Notes: generated by a model not told the origin, from the sequence alone. A stretch of DNA of 64,000 nt from Octopus vulgaris (GCA_951406725.2 OX597817.1:131068001-131132000), one strand, 5' to 3'; shown: positions 1 to 15,607, counted from the stretch's first letter. A program made the numbers and translations.

Positions 1-170
1 TCTTCTTCTTCCCTACCAAGAATTCACTACGACCTCGGACCCACAAGTGTAAACAAGAGAGACAGAGAAAGGCAGAAACAAGGAAAATGCCACTTATATT
101 TGAACACTATACAAATATTCTTTTAAAAAACTTTTCTTTAATTTTTCTAAATTTAATTATTTAATTGTTA

Positions 171-207
171 CAGTTGAAAAGGTCTCAAATGACTGAAACC
201 GGTACTG
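171..207 (+). ncRNA. Degenerate minimal type-I hammerhead ribozyme in a PLE pseudo-LTR remnant
   Basis: cag-TTGAAAA(2 changes from CTGANGA)-ggtc/gact stem II-GAAAC-cg-GTA-ctg; stem III palindrome ACCGGT; downstream 217-260 matches the fold-back arm at 24086-24200. Confidence 0.55.
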
Positions 208-254
208 AAATGTTCTTTATAAAATCATTTTAGCATTTTCTATCTTGACTTGTT

Positions 255-305
<51 letters not shown>

Positions 306-335
<30 letters not shown>

Positions 336-467
336 TACAGTGTACTTTCAAACACAAAAGAGATACCCGAAGAATAGGATATCTGACTCGCTAGAAAGTC
401 AGATATCCTAGCAAGTCAAATATACTATTCTTCGAGTATCTCTTTTGTGTTTGAACGTACACTGTAT

Positions 468-509
<42 letters not shown>
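306..509. repeat. Fold-back (inverted repeat) element in (TA)n
   Basis: 331-394 is an imperfect reverse complement of 408-471; flanked by (GA)n on the left and (TC)n on the right, then (TA)n. Confidence 0.85.
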
Positions 510-550
<41 letters not shown>

Positions 551-575
551 TATACATACATATACATACATGCAT

Positions 576-604
<29 letters not shown>

Positions 605-606
<2 letters not shown>

Positions 607-1156
607 ATAAAATAATAGGGAATAAATCCAAACTTACAGGGAAAAATCAGATTTAGGATTAAATCCAATTTTATAGTAAAATATTATATTATATTAAATT
701 AGAGATAAAACCACTATTAGGCAAATCAAACAATGAAAAACTTAAACCAATACATAAAATTAATTAATTTATATTATTTTAAATATATATCAAAAGTATT
801 AAAAGTTTAATAAAAGATAATGAGTAAAACACTACGATCGTTTCATGGCTGTCCAATTTGTAATAATTCGAGTTATGGTTACAGTCAATCTTCAGGTAAT
901 TGAAATATTTATCTTAGCGAGTTCATTGCTAAACCTCGCTAAGATAAATATTTCAATTACCTGAAGATTGACTGTAACCATAACTCGAATTATTACAAAT
1001 TGGACAGCCATGAAACGATCGTAGTGTTTTACTCATTATCTTTTATTAAACTTTTAATACTTTTGATATATTTAAAATAATATAAATTAATTAATTTTAT
1101 GTATTGGCTTAAGTTTTTCATTGTTTGATTTGCCTAATAGTGGTTTTATCTCTAAT

Positions 1157-1163
<7 letters not shown>
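605..1163 (-). mobile_element. Fold-back PLE pseudo-LTR element, family A, copy 1
   Basis: Near-perfect inverted arms 691-921 / 935-1163 with a 13-nt loop, an unpaired tail 605-690, (TA)n on both sides; homologous to 10911-11940 and 56287-56634. Confidence 0.85.
955..1029 (+). ncRNA. Type-I hammerhead ribozyme (mirror copy on minus strand at 828-901)
   Basis: aattac-CTGAAGA(961)-tgactgt...acagcca-t-GAAAC(1012)-GATC-GTA-gtgttt; stem III palindrome ACGATCGT. Confidence 0.75.
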
Positions 1164-1244
<81 letters not shown>

Positions 1245-1309
1245 ATGTGTGTGTGTGTGTGTGTATGTGTGTGTGTATATGTACATATATATATTACAGA
1301 AAAAAGGAT

Positions 1310-1790
1310 AAAAAAATCTTAGGCAGGACGAGTATCTCATGTCATTTAGAATATTTTGGAGATGACTTACATCTGTTTCTGTAATATGCCATGTGATATT
1401 TTAGCATCCCATACACTGGTTATTCTATCATCAGATACAAGGTGGGTATGTGGGGTAGCGCTAGATAACGAATTCACAGTTTATGAAAGAATGAAATAGT
1501 AGAGAAGAACAAAGTGTAAAACAATAGGTATAAGAATACATATCGGTTTCTTCTCGCTACTATTTTACACTTTATACTTCTATCTACTATTCTATTCCTT
1601 TATACACTTTGAATTCTCTGTCTAGAGCTACCCCACATACACCTTCTCTTTGATGATAGAATACCCTGTGTATGGAGATGCTGACCTATCACTTGGGATA
1701 TCCCAGAAACAGCTGTAAAACAATAAATATACTAAATGAATTGAGTTGCTCGTGCTGCATTGGTTTTGTCGTCCACTTTTCCCCTGTTAT
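1310..1790. mobile_element. Old diverged fold-back with two degenerate hammerheads (minus 1365-1437, plus 1646-1720)
   Basis: 1330-1520 is a diverged reverse complement of 1560-1765; minus: CTGATGA...GAAAC-AGAT-GTA; plus: TTGATGA...GAAAC-AGCT-GTA. Confidence 0.65.
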
Positions 1791-2529
1791 ACACCTGAAA
1801 CCTCGAAAGCCTACAACGGATCCCTAGCTCCGGCCCAGTTGTGAACTCGGAACCCTACAGATGACCAATTACAGCACTTACACAATTGACCTATTCGTTT
1901 AGACGACTTTTTATGAGCTACTAATATTTTCATGTAAATGGAAACACTTAGACATCACATCATGACACAACTGGTGCCTTCATGCAACCTTAATCTCTGT
2001 CTACCAGATATAATGAGAAAGTGAAGAATCGAGAAAGAAGTTGATGGAAAAGGTGGAAGGTTGAAAACACCGGAAAATAGAAAAGAACACAAACTGGGGT
2101 AGGGAATTAGAGCTATGTCCTTTTTGATAGGGGCCCAGAATCTCTTCAATCCGTAGAAGGTGGTATTTTCCGATTTGTCAGCAGAAAATATCGATATGTT
2201 TGCATCCGCTGCAAATTTCAGATCTGGAATTCAGCCGTGTGGTGGAGCCTTCGGTCTGAAAAACATATTCCAGCTGCGTATAGCTTACATTGTTTTGATT
2301 CGATGACATATGTTGTGGACTTGACAAATATTTCTCCACCTTATTGTATATGATATGGCGTTAAACTTCGAACTCCGAACAAAGGAAGACAACTTAGTGG
2401 CTTTATACTTGTCACTTGCCGGAAAGAATATATGTGGTTAGCGGTTTCTAAAAGCGCCTTCCCTTTACCCGATGTGGATCTTCTCTTTCACTTAGGTTAT
2501 GAAGTACTGGTGATCCCAAAACGAACGTT

Positions 2530-3340
2530 CGCGTACGTGTGTGTGTATGTGAGAGTGTGTGTGTGCGTGTGGTTAGGGGCTAATGACTGACGTGTGGATG
2601 TATGTGGCTGTAATGTGTGGGTGTGAGGATGATGGTTTGTGGGTGTGCAGATGTGAATGCTGGGAAGTGGCCAGTGCTAGAATGTGTGGGGTGATGTGAG
2701 GTAGTGTGATGTGGTGTGGTGCTGTATGGTGTGGTGTGGCAGTGTGGGGTGTGGGGATGTGAGGGTGGGGTGTGGGTTTGGGGTGAAGATGTGGGGTGAG
2801 GATGTGGAGGTGGGATGAGGATATGGGGTGGAGGTGTGTGAGTAGGGGTGGGGTATGTAGAGTTGGATGTGTGGGGGTGGATTGTGGATGGAAGGGGTAT
2901 CAATCAAGAGAGAAGGTGTGTAGGAGTGAAGAGACGAAGTAGGTGTCAGGGCAGGAGAGAAGAGGAGAAGTGGGTAGGAATGAAGACAAGAGAGGAGGGG
3001 AATCCGATGAAGAGTGGAGGGGGTTGAGCCCATCTGGTGCAAAAGAGCGAAGAGAAAAGATTAATTCCTGTTCACAGCGAAGGTGGATGTCCGGATGGCC
3101 CCCGTGCAAAGAGAATCCAACACAGTCAGGCGTTGTAATAAATGACCGGCGGTGTGGAAATGGCGTGAGACCGGGTTGTCATTACCGAGTCTAATGTCTG
3201 GGAGGTGCTCCGCGAACCGGTCAGCCAAACGGCGTTCCGTTTGACCGATGTACAGAGAAGGGCAGAATTGCAGGAGTTGCAGTATATAACGTTGCTAGAA
3301 TTGGAGGTAAAGGAGTCAGAGATATGATAGCGACGATGCT
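2530..3340 (-). mobile_element. Penelope-like element 3' fragment (GIY-YIG end plus C/A-rich UTR)
   Basis: Minus strand reads FTSNSSNVIYCNSCNSALLCTSVKRNAVW (frameshifted ...LYIGQTERRLADRFAEHL), then GGHPDIHLRCEQELIFSLRSFAPDGLNP; homologous to 6290-6600. Confidence 0.8.
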
Positions 3341-3344
3341 ATAT

Positions 3345-4030
3345 TATATTCCAAGGATCTGATGAGGACTCCGCATTTGGAACACCTAGAGATTGTTAAA
3401 GTCTTGTTTGATGACGATCAAGGGATCAGTGATTTATCGAAGGGCTGAGCCAAATGCAACGAAAGGAAAAAATGGATTTTGGTACTTCGACAGATGGTAG
3501 GCATCTTCCAAATACACCGTCGAAGGGATGCGATTGCAGAAGTCAGAATCTTAATATCAGCAATTTATCCCTGTTCTTCACGCGACCCACCTTTCTATAA
3601 CAAGGGAGCCGAAATATCTGAACTACCAGACGGCCTCATTCTGGATACCATCAAGATGCAGAATGGCCGGCAAAAGATGAAATTCTTCTACGTGATCAAA
3701 TCTGAACAACCTTGCCTGCAGCAGTCAACCACATAGCATCAAGTCTGACTGCACAGGCTACAGTGGTTTGTCCACGGTTTCAGAAGGAGAACCGGAAGAC
3801 TACCACGACAACTTTCGTAACGGCAGCGACCCACAAACTGACCGATCCAGCACACGCACCAAACAAGAAAATGGGTGAAACAAACTGCGGACGAACTGAA
3901 GTAGTAGCGCCTTGACATCAAGCATGCTAAGGTCAGTGCCAAAGCTTGGAAGGAGTGGAATAACATCATCGCCAGAGTTGGTCATCCAGTGGCACCCTTC
4001 TAGAGGCCAGACAGGGAAAAAGAAGAAGAA
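3345..4030 (+). mobile_element. Degraded RTE-type LINE 3' fragment (paralogous copy at 42920-43625)
   Basis: Broken C-terminal reading ...ALDIKHAKVSAKAWKEWNNII followed by a (GAA)n tail; same sequence in the duplicated block. Confidence 0.5.
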
Positions 4031-4244
4031 TGTCTTTTAATTTTAGAAATTTCTCATGTTATCTTTTTTCGGTCGATACAATCGTACAGTATGCAGTTAT
4101 GCGTAGGTAACGGTTTCTAACGCTTGTTAGTCTTAGTTACGCATTTTTATTTTTATTTCCTTGAAAATATTAAATTTGATGACAAAAAAAGCGTAAATCA
4201 ATGATATAGCGAATGAAATATTAATATTGATTTCTTTCTTTCAG

Positions 4245-4493
4245 GAAGCATTTGGTTAGGTGAATCTTTAAAACTTTTCATTAATATCCCGAATATGAAT
4301 AGACCCATAGTTCGGCAAGTGCACAACTTTCGATACGAGTGTGGTAGAAGGTGCGCCAACAGTGATTACTACAAAGTCACACAATATAACGATACATCGA
4401 CTATGTGGATGCGGAGTGTAACCTGGGAGATTTCCAAATGGTGTACTTACGATGACAATCTTGAATGTGGGGAAATCGAATTGGACATGAACG
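4245..4493 (+). CDS. Ig-like domain exon, paralog of 44313-44561 (possibly orphan or pseudo-exon)
   Basis: tttctttctttcag acceptor and G|gtaagg donor, 249 nt, phase 1-1, open: SIWLGESLKLFINIPNMNRPIVRQVHNFRYECGRRCANSDYYKVTQYNDTSTMWMRSVTWEISKWCTYDDNLECGEIELDMN. Confidence 0.75.
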
Positions 4494-5065
4494 GTAAGGA
4501 TTTGCGTCCACTTCCTCCCTCTTCCTACTCCTTTTCTTCCTCTCCCTTACTTCTTCTCGTCCACTTCTTCTTCTGTTTTCCCCTCCTCCTCCTTCCTCTT
4601 CCTTGCTTCTTTCTCGTTGATATATATACACTAGATTTGTCAGCTCGAGGCTGGAATAGGCTTGTACAAAATGTCATACATTGGGACTGAACCGGTAATC
4701 ATTTGATTGGGAAGCAAACTTCTTATCACTCAGCCACACAGAGGCACACACACACACGCACAAACACACATAAACACACGCACGCGCACACGCACACACA
4801 CACACACACACTCACACACACACATTTCGCAATAACATTGCGAAAGCAAAATCACATGAAGAACACCATGTATGCATGTTTCCGGATAAAATGTTGGCTG
4901 AGTATAGCGAGGTCATAAGAAAGAGAGATGCGAACGGAATATATGATTTTCCGATGCATTTCATAAGCTTACAGCTGTTTCCGCAAAGAGGTTCAGTGGA
5001 CTCATAGTTGAGTGCCTGAATAACACATTTTAGCTTCATTGGACTCTCACTCGATTCCGAGTATG

Positions 5066-5120
<55 letters not shown>

Positions 5121-5166
5121 GTATATTTGCTGTAGTTTCAGCTCAGGGCTGCGGCCATCCACCGCC

Positions 5167-6610
5167 GTTATATATTTCCCTCCCACATCCATGATACCAA
5201 CCATGCTCTCCGGCTTTTCAACTCTTTCTCCTTTCCTCCCGGCTCCTCCAAAATCCTTTTTACTATGGACATTCAGAGCCTCTATACCGTTATCCCTCAC
5301 CACGAAGGACTGTAGGCACTTCAACACTTTCTCGACCTCCGCTCCAACCCTGAACCTGACACCTCCACACTCATTCGTCTGGCCGAACTTGTCCTTACTC
5401 TTAACTGCTTCTCGTTCACGGGCGAGTTCTACCATCAGGTCTCGGGAGTGGCCATGGGAACGCGAATGGGCCCCAACTATGCGAACCTGTTCGTTGGCTA
5501 TGTTGAGGCCCAAATATTCTCTAATTTCACTGGTCCCACTCCTGAACTATATGGTCGTTACATTGACGACATTATCGGTGCCACCTCACTCTCCCGTGAA
5601 CATCTAGATTCCTTCCTCTCTTTCGTTCAATCTTTCCATCCAGCCCTCCACTTCACTTCCACTATCTCCAACACTTCTGTCTCCTTCCTCGACATTTCGG
5701 TTAGCATTCTTCACTCCACTCTTACCACCTCCATTCACCACAAACACACAGACTCACACTCATACCTCAACTTCTCTTCCTCCCACCCAGAACACACCAA
5801 GCTTTCCATCCCCTATTCCCAATTCCTCCGTCTACGTAGGCTCTGTAGTGACGACCATGACTTTGAGACTCAGTCTCAACGTATGGCTCACCACGTCATC
5901 CTACGTGGATACCCCCTCACCACTATCCACACCGCCCTTGCCAGAGCACGTTCCGTGGACAGTGTATCTGCTCTCTCTCCCCGAACCCGCCCTGTAGTCT
6001 CCCGCCTCCCTTTTCCCCTCACTTACCACCCCACGACCCTACCTCTCCAACGCACCATTCTTCGAGCTTTCCGTCATCTCCAGTCCGACCCGTCCACTTC
6101 ACACCTCTTCCCTAACCGACCCCTCCCCTCTTTCAAACGAGCCCATAACCTTCGAGACCTTTTGGTCCATAGCTCCTTCCCTGACCCTACCTTCCAACCT
6201 GGCTCGTTCCCCTGCTCCCGCCCACGTTGCCGCACTTGCCCTTACCTCTCCAACACCACCTTCCTCACTGGCACCCATCATCGACCCTATCGCATCATCA
6301 ACTCCTTCACCTGCACCTCCAGCAATATTATCTATTGCGTCTCTTGCTCTCTCTGCCATTCCCTGTACATCGGACAAACGGGACGCCGCTTGGCTGACCG
6401 GTTCGCGGAACACCTCCGTGACATCCGCCTTGCGAACGACACACCGGTCTCACGCCATTTCCGCTCCACCGGTCACTCCTTGCAACACCTGTCTGTGTTC
6501 GGTTTGTCCTTACACAGAGGCCATCCGGATTCCCGTTTGCGCCGTGAACAGTAATTAATCTTCTCTCTTCGCTCTTATACGCCATTTGGTCTCAACTCTC
6601 CCCCTCCTCA
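5167..6610 (+). mobile_element. Penelope-like retroelement (Poseidon/Penelope-type), 5'-truncated RT plus GIY-YIG
   Basis: ORF 5448-6554 has AMGTRMGPNYANLF, RYIDDI and NIIYCVSCSLCHSLYIGQTGRRLADRFAEH; premature stop at 6552 before the GLN terminus; C/T-rich 3' UTR. Confidence 0.92.
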
Positions 6611-7104
6611 TCTAACCCCTCTCCCCCTCCTCATCTAACCTCCCCCTCCTCATCTAACCTCCCGCCCGACCCCTACTTCTCTTCAGTCCTTCATCCTTTC
6701 ACCCCTACTCCTCTTCCCTTCTTCCCTCTTTCTCCCTCCCTCCTTCTTCCCTCTTCCCCTTCCCTCTTTCTCTCTGCTCCCTCACTCCCCTTCTCTCTCC
6801 TCCTCTCCCTCTCTCCTCCTCTCCCTCTCTCCTCCCTCCTCCTCTCCCCTCCTCTTCTCCTCTCCTTCCTTCTCCCCCTCCCCCTCCTCTTCTCCCCTTT
6901 CCTTCTCCCCTTTCTATATTTTATGTCAGATACTTTCACTTTAACAATAAAAATAATAATAACAATTGAATTATTCCCACTCCCCATTATACAATGTTAA
7001 CTATTTCCGTGACCTTGACCCAGATATTTTGTTAAAGATAAAATAGATTGCGTGATATCGTACACGTAGAGTATATTATAATAACAAAGGGAAGGGGAGT
7101 GAGT

Positions 7105-7185
7105 GACGGGCAGAATCAGAGGTTTTGTTGTAACTGCGTTTTGAAGTAACTGGGATACAGATCAAAAAGAGAAAAATATTTGAAG
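7105..7185 (+). other. Candidate non-coding first exon of the Ig-like gene
   Basis: Unique sequence ending in a consensus donor GAAG|GTAAGT at 7185/7186; TATA-like tatattataa near 7073; the ATG exon at 28133 has an acceptor, so an upstream exon must exist. Confidence 0.3.
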
Positions 7186-7254
7186 GTAAGTTTTGTTTAG
7201 TTTATCTCTCTCTTTCTCTCATTCTCTCTCTCTCACACACTTATATTTTCTTCT

Positions 7255-7440
7255 TTTATTCTGTTACTTCTTTCTGTCATTTGTCTGCGGCCATGCTTGA
7301 GCACCACTTTAAGGGATTTTACACGAAGAAATCGAACCCAAGACCTAATTTTTGGAAGTGCTGGTTTTATTCTATCGGGTACTTTTGACGAACCGCTAAG
7401 TTGCCTGATTTGAACTTTTTCTATTGTTTCCGGTTGTCCA
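7255..7440 (-). mobile_element. SINE 3' part
   Basis: Reverse complement of the cttagcggttcg...gatagaataa...catggccgcag tail shared with 49854-50032. Confidence 0.7.
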
Positions 7441-8153
7441 CTGATGGGGAGGGGTAGAAACACAGACATAAAGGGACATATATCTACACTCACACCCACG
7501 CTCACACACACACACACACACGTACACGCCCACACACACACACACACGCACACAGTAATTATATTAATTAAATAACAAGAAGATAGTTTCGATATTAAAC
7601 TTTAACAAAATGGCAGCCGAGAATCGAGATCTTAAGTGAGACAGAACTTTATCAATGTACCGGATGAGATCGAGACAGCAAAATCGATGTAGCACAACAT
7701 TTTGCATGGAGTCCCACACATAAATGACAATAGCAAGACGGATCGAATCAAACGTTTTACAGTGTAGAGTTTTATACCATCTGCTCGTTACTTAATTAAT
7801 ATAATTACCCTAGCTGACACTGCGGAGCTCCTGAAGTAGATCCCTCGGATGAAAACAGGTTGCCTAAACTGTGCCAGTGCTCTACTCAACGTCGAAACAG
7901 ACAAATCGACGTTTTACACCTATTAGTCCCATATATATATATGTAGGTCCCGGGTTGATTCGGGGTTAACCACAGTAAATAAGGTACTCAATACATAGCA
8001 GAGTAAAATTAATTTATTATATAGAAGGAGCTTCTACAGGACTAGAACTGTTTCATTCAAGAGAAATCTTCAGGAAGCTAGTTAACAAGAATTGTATTGG
8101 CATTTATACATTTAGGCAGGTTTAAAGGGGTATTGGTGGGGGACTTTTTGAGG

Positions 8154-10560
<2,407 letters not shown>

Positions 10561-10795
10561 AAGTGAGAATCTCCTTATTTACCTAAAACTCTATTCCCCT
10601 TTTTTTATATATATATATTTTTTTATTTTTTTATTTTTTTATTTTTTATTTATTCTTCTATCTAATTTAACACTGACTCCTTGACCACTCCCCCAAGTAT
10701 GATATTTTGCGCTATGCCTACCCCCAAAAAGTCCCCCACCAATACCCCTTTAAACCTGTCTAAATGTATAAATGCCAATACAATTCTTGTTAACT

Positions 10796-10846
10796 AGCTT
10801 CCTGAAGATTTCTCTTGAATGAAACAGTTCTAGTCCTGTAGAAGCT
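10796..10846 (+). ncRNA. Type-I hammerhead ribozyme (identical mirror copy on minus strand at 8029-8079)
   Basis: agcttc-CTGAAGA-t-ttc-tctt-gaa-t-GAAACAG-ttctagtc-CTGTA-gaagct: 6-bp stem I, 4-bp stem III, GUA cleavage triplet. Confidence 0.85.
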
Positions 10847-10857
10847 CCTTCTATATA

Positions 10858-10910
<53 letters not shown>

Positions 10911-10915
<5 letters not shown>

Positions 10916-11933
10916 AAATATTAGGGAATAAATCCAAACTTACAGGGAAAAATCAGATTTAGGATTAAATCCTATTTTATAGTATAAATATATTATATTA
11001 TATTATATTAAATTAGAGATAAAACCACTATTAGGCAAATCAAACAGTGAAAAACATAAGCCAATTCATAAGATTAATTTAATTTATATTATTTTAAATA
11101 TATATCAAAAGTATTAAAAGTTTAATAAAAGATAAAGAGTAAAACACAACGATCGTTTCATGGCTGTACCTATTCGAATAACAATAATTTAAATTCAATT
11201 AATAATTCGAGTTATGATTACAGTCAATCTTCAGGTTAATTGAAATATTTAAAAAATAATCAGAAATATTTAAACAATATTTTTAAGATATAAATAATAT
11301 AATAATTTTACTTATAATAAACTCTATTATCAAACTAGAAACATAAAACTTAACAATTATGATTATATCAAAATCGACTATAATGTTAAATATTAATTTT
11401 AATTTATAAGGTAGGAAACCCACCAATAATCTAATATCGGTAATAATCTATATCTAATTACATAAATATTTAAAAATGACTATTATATATAAATTATCAA
11501 TGAAAATATATAAATGTATATAATAATTAAGATCTAAAATAATCTCAATAAATAAATATATATGCACATATAATAAAAACCTAATAAATTAATTTTTCAT
11601 ATTTAAAGATGAAATAGCTAATTTCAAAATTACAAATAAACAAACTTAAACGAACTTTCGGAAATCTTATGTAAAGTACTTATAGAAATAATAAATTCGT
11701 AGTAATATAGTATCGAATAAATACTATAAATACTATAAATATAATTATCAATGGGAATAACTAGCGAATATCAATTTAAAAAGACAAATGCTATTAAATT
11801 AGACATAGCCTGGACCAATCTTTAGTCGAAACATATCTAAGTTTATCAAAGTTTATCTAATTATTTATCTAATTTATGTATTGGCTTATGTTTTTTCACT
11901 GTTTGATTCGCCTAATAGTGGTTTTATCTCTAA

Positions 11934-11940
<7 letters not shown>
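10911..11940 (-). mobile_element. Fold-back PLE pseudo-LTR element, family A, copy 2 (hammerhead minus 11143-11240)
   Basis: Same tail and arm as 605-921, about 600 bp more AT-rich body, short inverted arm 11872-11940 ending at the same tctctaatttaata; hammerhead triplet changed to GUU. Confidence 0.8.
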
Positions 11941-11989
<49 letters not shown>

Positions 11990-11991
<2 letters not shown>

Positions 11992-12133
11992 CACGGGTTT
12001 CTGCTTTCGTCTGCCAAATCCATTGACAAGGCACCCGATGCTATAGTAGATGACGCCCAAGATTCCATGCTGTGGGCCTGAACTGGAAGCCATGAGATTG
12101 TGAAGCGAGCTTCTTACCACACAACCACGCCTA
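11990..12133 (-). mobile_element. tRNA-derived SINE 5' part
   Basis: Minus strand ggcgtggttgtgtggtaagaagc...gttcagg head, as at 33490 and 56672. Confidence 0.7.
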
Positions 12134-13009
12134 TAGATGAATATCTAACCTAGAATAAATAGCAATGTTCCCTGTCGATCAAACTTGTCGATAGAGAATA
12201 AAACAACTTGAGTAGGGCGAACTATAGTTGAAGTCTATTAATCGGTTTTGCTCTGCTGTAAGTAACTGCTATTTCAAACCATATAAACTGCAATATTTCG
12301 TCATAAATAATAAGTGATTTCAGAATAAACGCACACACAAAGAAATATGTCTTATAAAATAAACTTGGTAGTTTTTCAGGTGGTTGAGACTAGTAAAATA
12401 GGCTGACACAACAAAGCAAGTGGGTGTGAGTGTCAGATTGAGTATTTAAAGGGAAGATCTATTAAAAGATTTTGCTTCTCTGAAATTTAATCGTAATGAC
12501 AGTGCAAAATTTTATCCAAGGATATGTCTATTTTTCTTTTAACATACCAACGCACAAATCCACATATATATATATTCTTTTATTCTGTTAAATGCGACCA
12601 TGCTGGAGCTCCGTCTTAAGGGGTTTTAGCCGAACAAATCGATCCTAGCATTGTTTCTGAATAAGCCTAGTATTATTCTGTCTTTTTTTTCCAAACTACT
12701 TATTTTCGGTAAAGTAAAACCACCAGCATCGGTTGTAAAACAATGGTGGGGTGGGACAAACTCAGCCCCAATCACAGAAATACACACACAATCACATATA
12801 AAACGGTTTTAACTATATTCCATTACTAATGCATTTATATATACGTATACATATATGCCCAGGTTTATTTTTAGCATTTTTACATCTCTAATATATCAAT
12901 TGGTGTTTCAACTAAGACGATTTTAAATTTTATCTTAATTAAACACTCACATATGTGTGTGTGTGTGTGTTCACCTTAGTTTACCTGATTTGAGCTCTTC
13001 CTATTTGAG

Positions 13010-14497
13010 CTCTTCCTTCTAAAAGTATGTAAGAGAGTCCTAGCAAGACCACTGCGGTTCCGCTTTCAGAGCTTCCTTGCAACTGGCAAACTTCAAGAAA
13101 ACTGAAGGAAGGTAAAATATGCCCTATTCATAAAGGAGGTAGCAGAGCGGAGGCCAAGAACTACAGACCTATCTCTCTGACCTCACACATCAGCAAGGTC
13201 ATGGAACGAATAGTCAGAAGGAAACAATCACCTTCCTTGAAGAAAATAACTTGCTGCCTGACACCCAACATGGTTTCCGACTAGGAAGAAGCTGCTTAAC
13301 TCAGCTCCTACAACACTATGACTGGGTGTTGAAACGACTGCTCAACCACTCAAATGTGGAAGTCATATATCTCGACTTTGTAAAGGCCTTTGATAAAGTC
13401 AATCATGGAATGATATGTCACAAACTGCGTGATCTTGGCATAGTTGGAAAATTGGGGGAATGGCTTCTGAAGTCAGGTGGTAGTAGCCAATGGGGCCACC
13501 TCCATTAACACGCAAATAGTGAGCGTTGTTCCGCAAGGTACAGTTCTGGGACCACTACTGTTCATAATGGCCCTCTCAGACAAGCACTCAACCACGCAGA
13601 GAGCCACGATCACAAGTTATGCAGATGATACAAAAATTTCACAGGCAGTACAGAACCCTGAAGACACTAAGCACCTGCAATGTGACCTGGACAAAATATA
13701 CAAGTGGGCTGAAAAGAATAACATGCAGTTCAATGCTGAAAAGTTTCAAGCTTTATGCTATCAGCATGCAAAACTAAATGCAATACCCAATAAATACACT
13801 GGACCTGGAGGGATTGCAATCCCAGAGGCACAATCAGTGCGAGACCTGGGTATTTACATGAGTGATGATGCAACCTTTCATGTGCATGTTGCTAAATTGG
13901 CAATGAAATGTAGGCGGCTGACCGGATGGATTCTTAGAACCTTTAGAACAAGAGACCAGGAAACCATGATGGTCCTCTGGAGGACACTTGTCCTAAGCCA
14001 CTTTGACTATTGCTCTCAGCTATGGTCACCATCCAGTGTCAAGTTAATCACAGAACTTGAGGCGATCCAACGAAGCTACACGAAGAAGATAGCCTCTGTG
14101 CAGCATATAAGCTACTGGGAAAGACTCAAGAGATTAAGACTCTATTTCTTAGAGCGTATGCGAGAAAGATATGCCATAATATACATCTGGAAGATCCTAG
14201 AAGGACTTGTCCCAAACTTTGTCATCGAGAGTTACACAAATGCCAGAACTGGGCGCCACTGCATAGTGCCAAGGACTCCAAATTTGCCATCAAGATGTAG
14301 GACAAGATACTGTGATAACCTGGGCTTCCGAGGCCCACAGCTCTTCAATATCCTCCCGAAGAACCTAAGAGACCTGCATGGGGTGGATGCAAATGTCTTT
14401 AAAATGAAACTGGATCTCTTCTCGTCAGGTGTCCCAGATGAACCAACTTCACGGCAGGAGGTGCAGATGAGGGCAGCTGCATCGAACTCTCTTATGC
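13010..14497 (+). mobile_element. CR1/L2-like LINE ORF2 fragment (RT), frameshifted
   Basis: NYRPISL, QHGFR, YLDFVKAFDKV, PQGTVLGP, YADD; nearly identical to 48575-49853. Confidence 0.93.
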
Positions 14498-14980
14498 AAT
14501 GTAACCAATTATGGGAGGCTTATCTGGTATTCCTTGAAGGAATCTATCCAGACTGTTTAAAATTGATGGGATCCTTTTCCTCTTTGATCTCTTTTGGGAC
14601 ATTGTTAAATAGGGCAGGGCCTGTTGAGGAAAAGAAATTATGTTGCAGTGTACATGTATGCTGTGATCTTGAATAGGGCAGTGGGCGTATGGCCCGTGGT
14701 CCCAGTCTTGGATGAATCCTGAAGCTAGTGTTCAGGTCATTTGGGAAAAGTTGGCGGTATATTCTCCACATCGTACAAATGATGTACCGCTCACGGTTAC
14801 GCTGGAGAGAGTAGAGTTTCAAGGCTTTAAGGCGATCCCAATAATCGAGAGCAGCCATGCCTTCAATTCGTTTAGTGAGTGCCCTCTGGGGTGATTCAAT
14901 CCTTGAGATGTTTTGTCTTGTATAGGGAGACCACAGTGGGCAGCAGTATTCGAGGTGTGGCCGTACAAAGGAGGAGACTT
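14498..14980 (-). mobile_element. CR1/L2-like LINE C-terminal fragment related to the 50400-55055 family
   Basis: LDYWDRLKALKLYSLQRNRERYIIC...HPRLGPRAIRP matches the ORF2 C-terminus at 50700-50900. Confidence 0.85.
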
Positions 14981-15002
14981 ATATATTTATATATAAATAC
15001 AC

Positions 15003-15041
<39 letters not shown>

Positions 15042-15090
15042 CATACATATATGCATATATACATATATACTTATACATATACATACATAC

Positions 15091-15144
<54 letters not shown>

Positions 15145-15147
<3 letters not shown>

Positions 15148-15607
15148 TATATAAAAGGGCTTAGTAAAATAAATTACTTTGCCACATACTGAACTCATTA
15201 GAAATAGTAGCTAAAAAAAACTTTTTTAAAACTATTTCTAATACTTAAAGAAAATCTCTCTCATATAGTGCCTGCTCAATTCAACTCACGAAAGTATGGG
15301 GGTAAAGACATTAAAAAATCAAATTAAAAAATCAAGATTTTTTAATGTCTTTACCCCCATACTTTCGTGAGTTGAATTGAGCAGGCACTATATGAGAGAG
15401 ATTTTCTTTAAGTATTAGAAATAGTTTTAAAAAAGTTTTTTTTAGCTACTATTTCTAATGAGTTCAGTATGTGGCAAAGTAATTTATTTTACTAAGCCCT
15501 TTTATATAATGTAATAATTTGAATTCGCCTTAAATGGTCCCTTTACATACTGAATACTTGGTGAAATTGATTAATAATTAATTAATTTTACCCTCAATTG
15601 TTGAAAT
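15145..15607 (+). mobile_element. Fold-back element in (TA)n
   Basis: Near-perfect inverted arms of about 175 bp (15145-15320 / 15335-15511) plus an unpaired tail 15512-15607. Confidence 0.9.

Noticed and set aside
2490-2540. Degenerate hammerhead at the end of the minus-strand PLE fragment
   Set aside because: Wrong strand relative to the element and several core mismatches
3359-3388. CTGATGAGG...GGAAC hammerhead-like string
   Set aside because: No GAAA, no stems, and the paralogous position near 42933 reads ctgataaag
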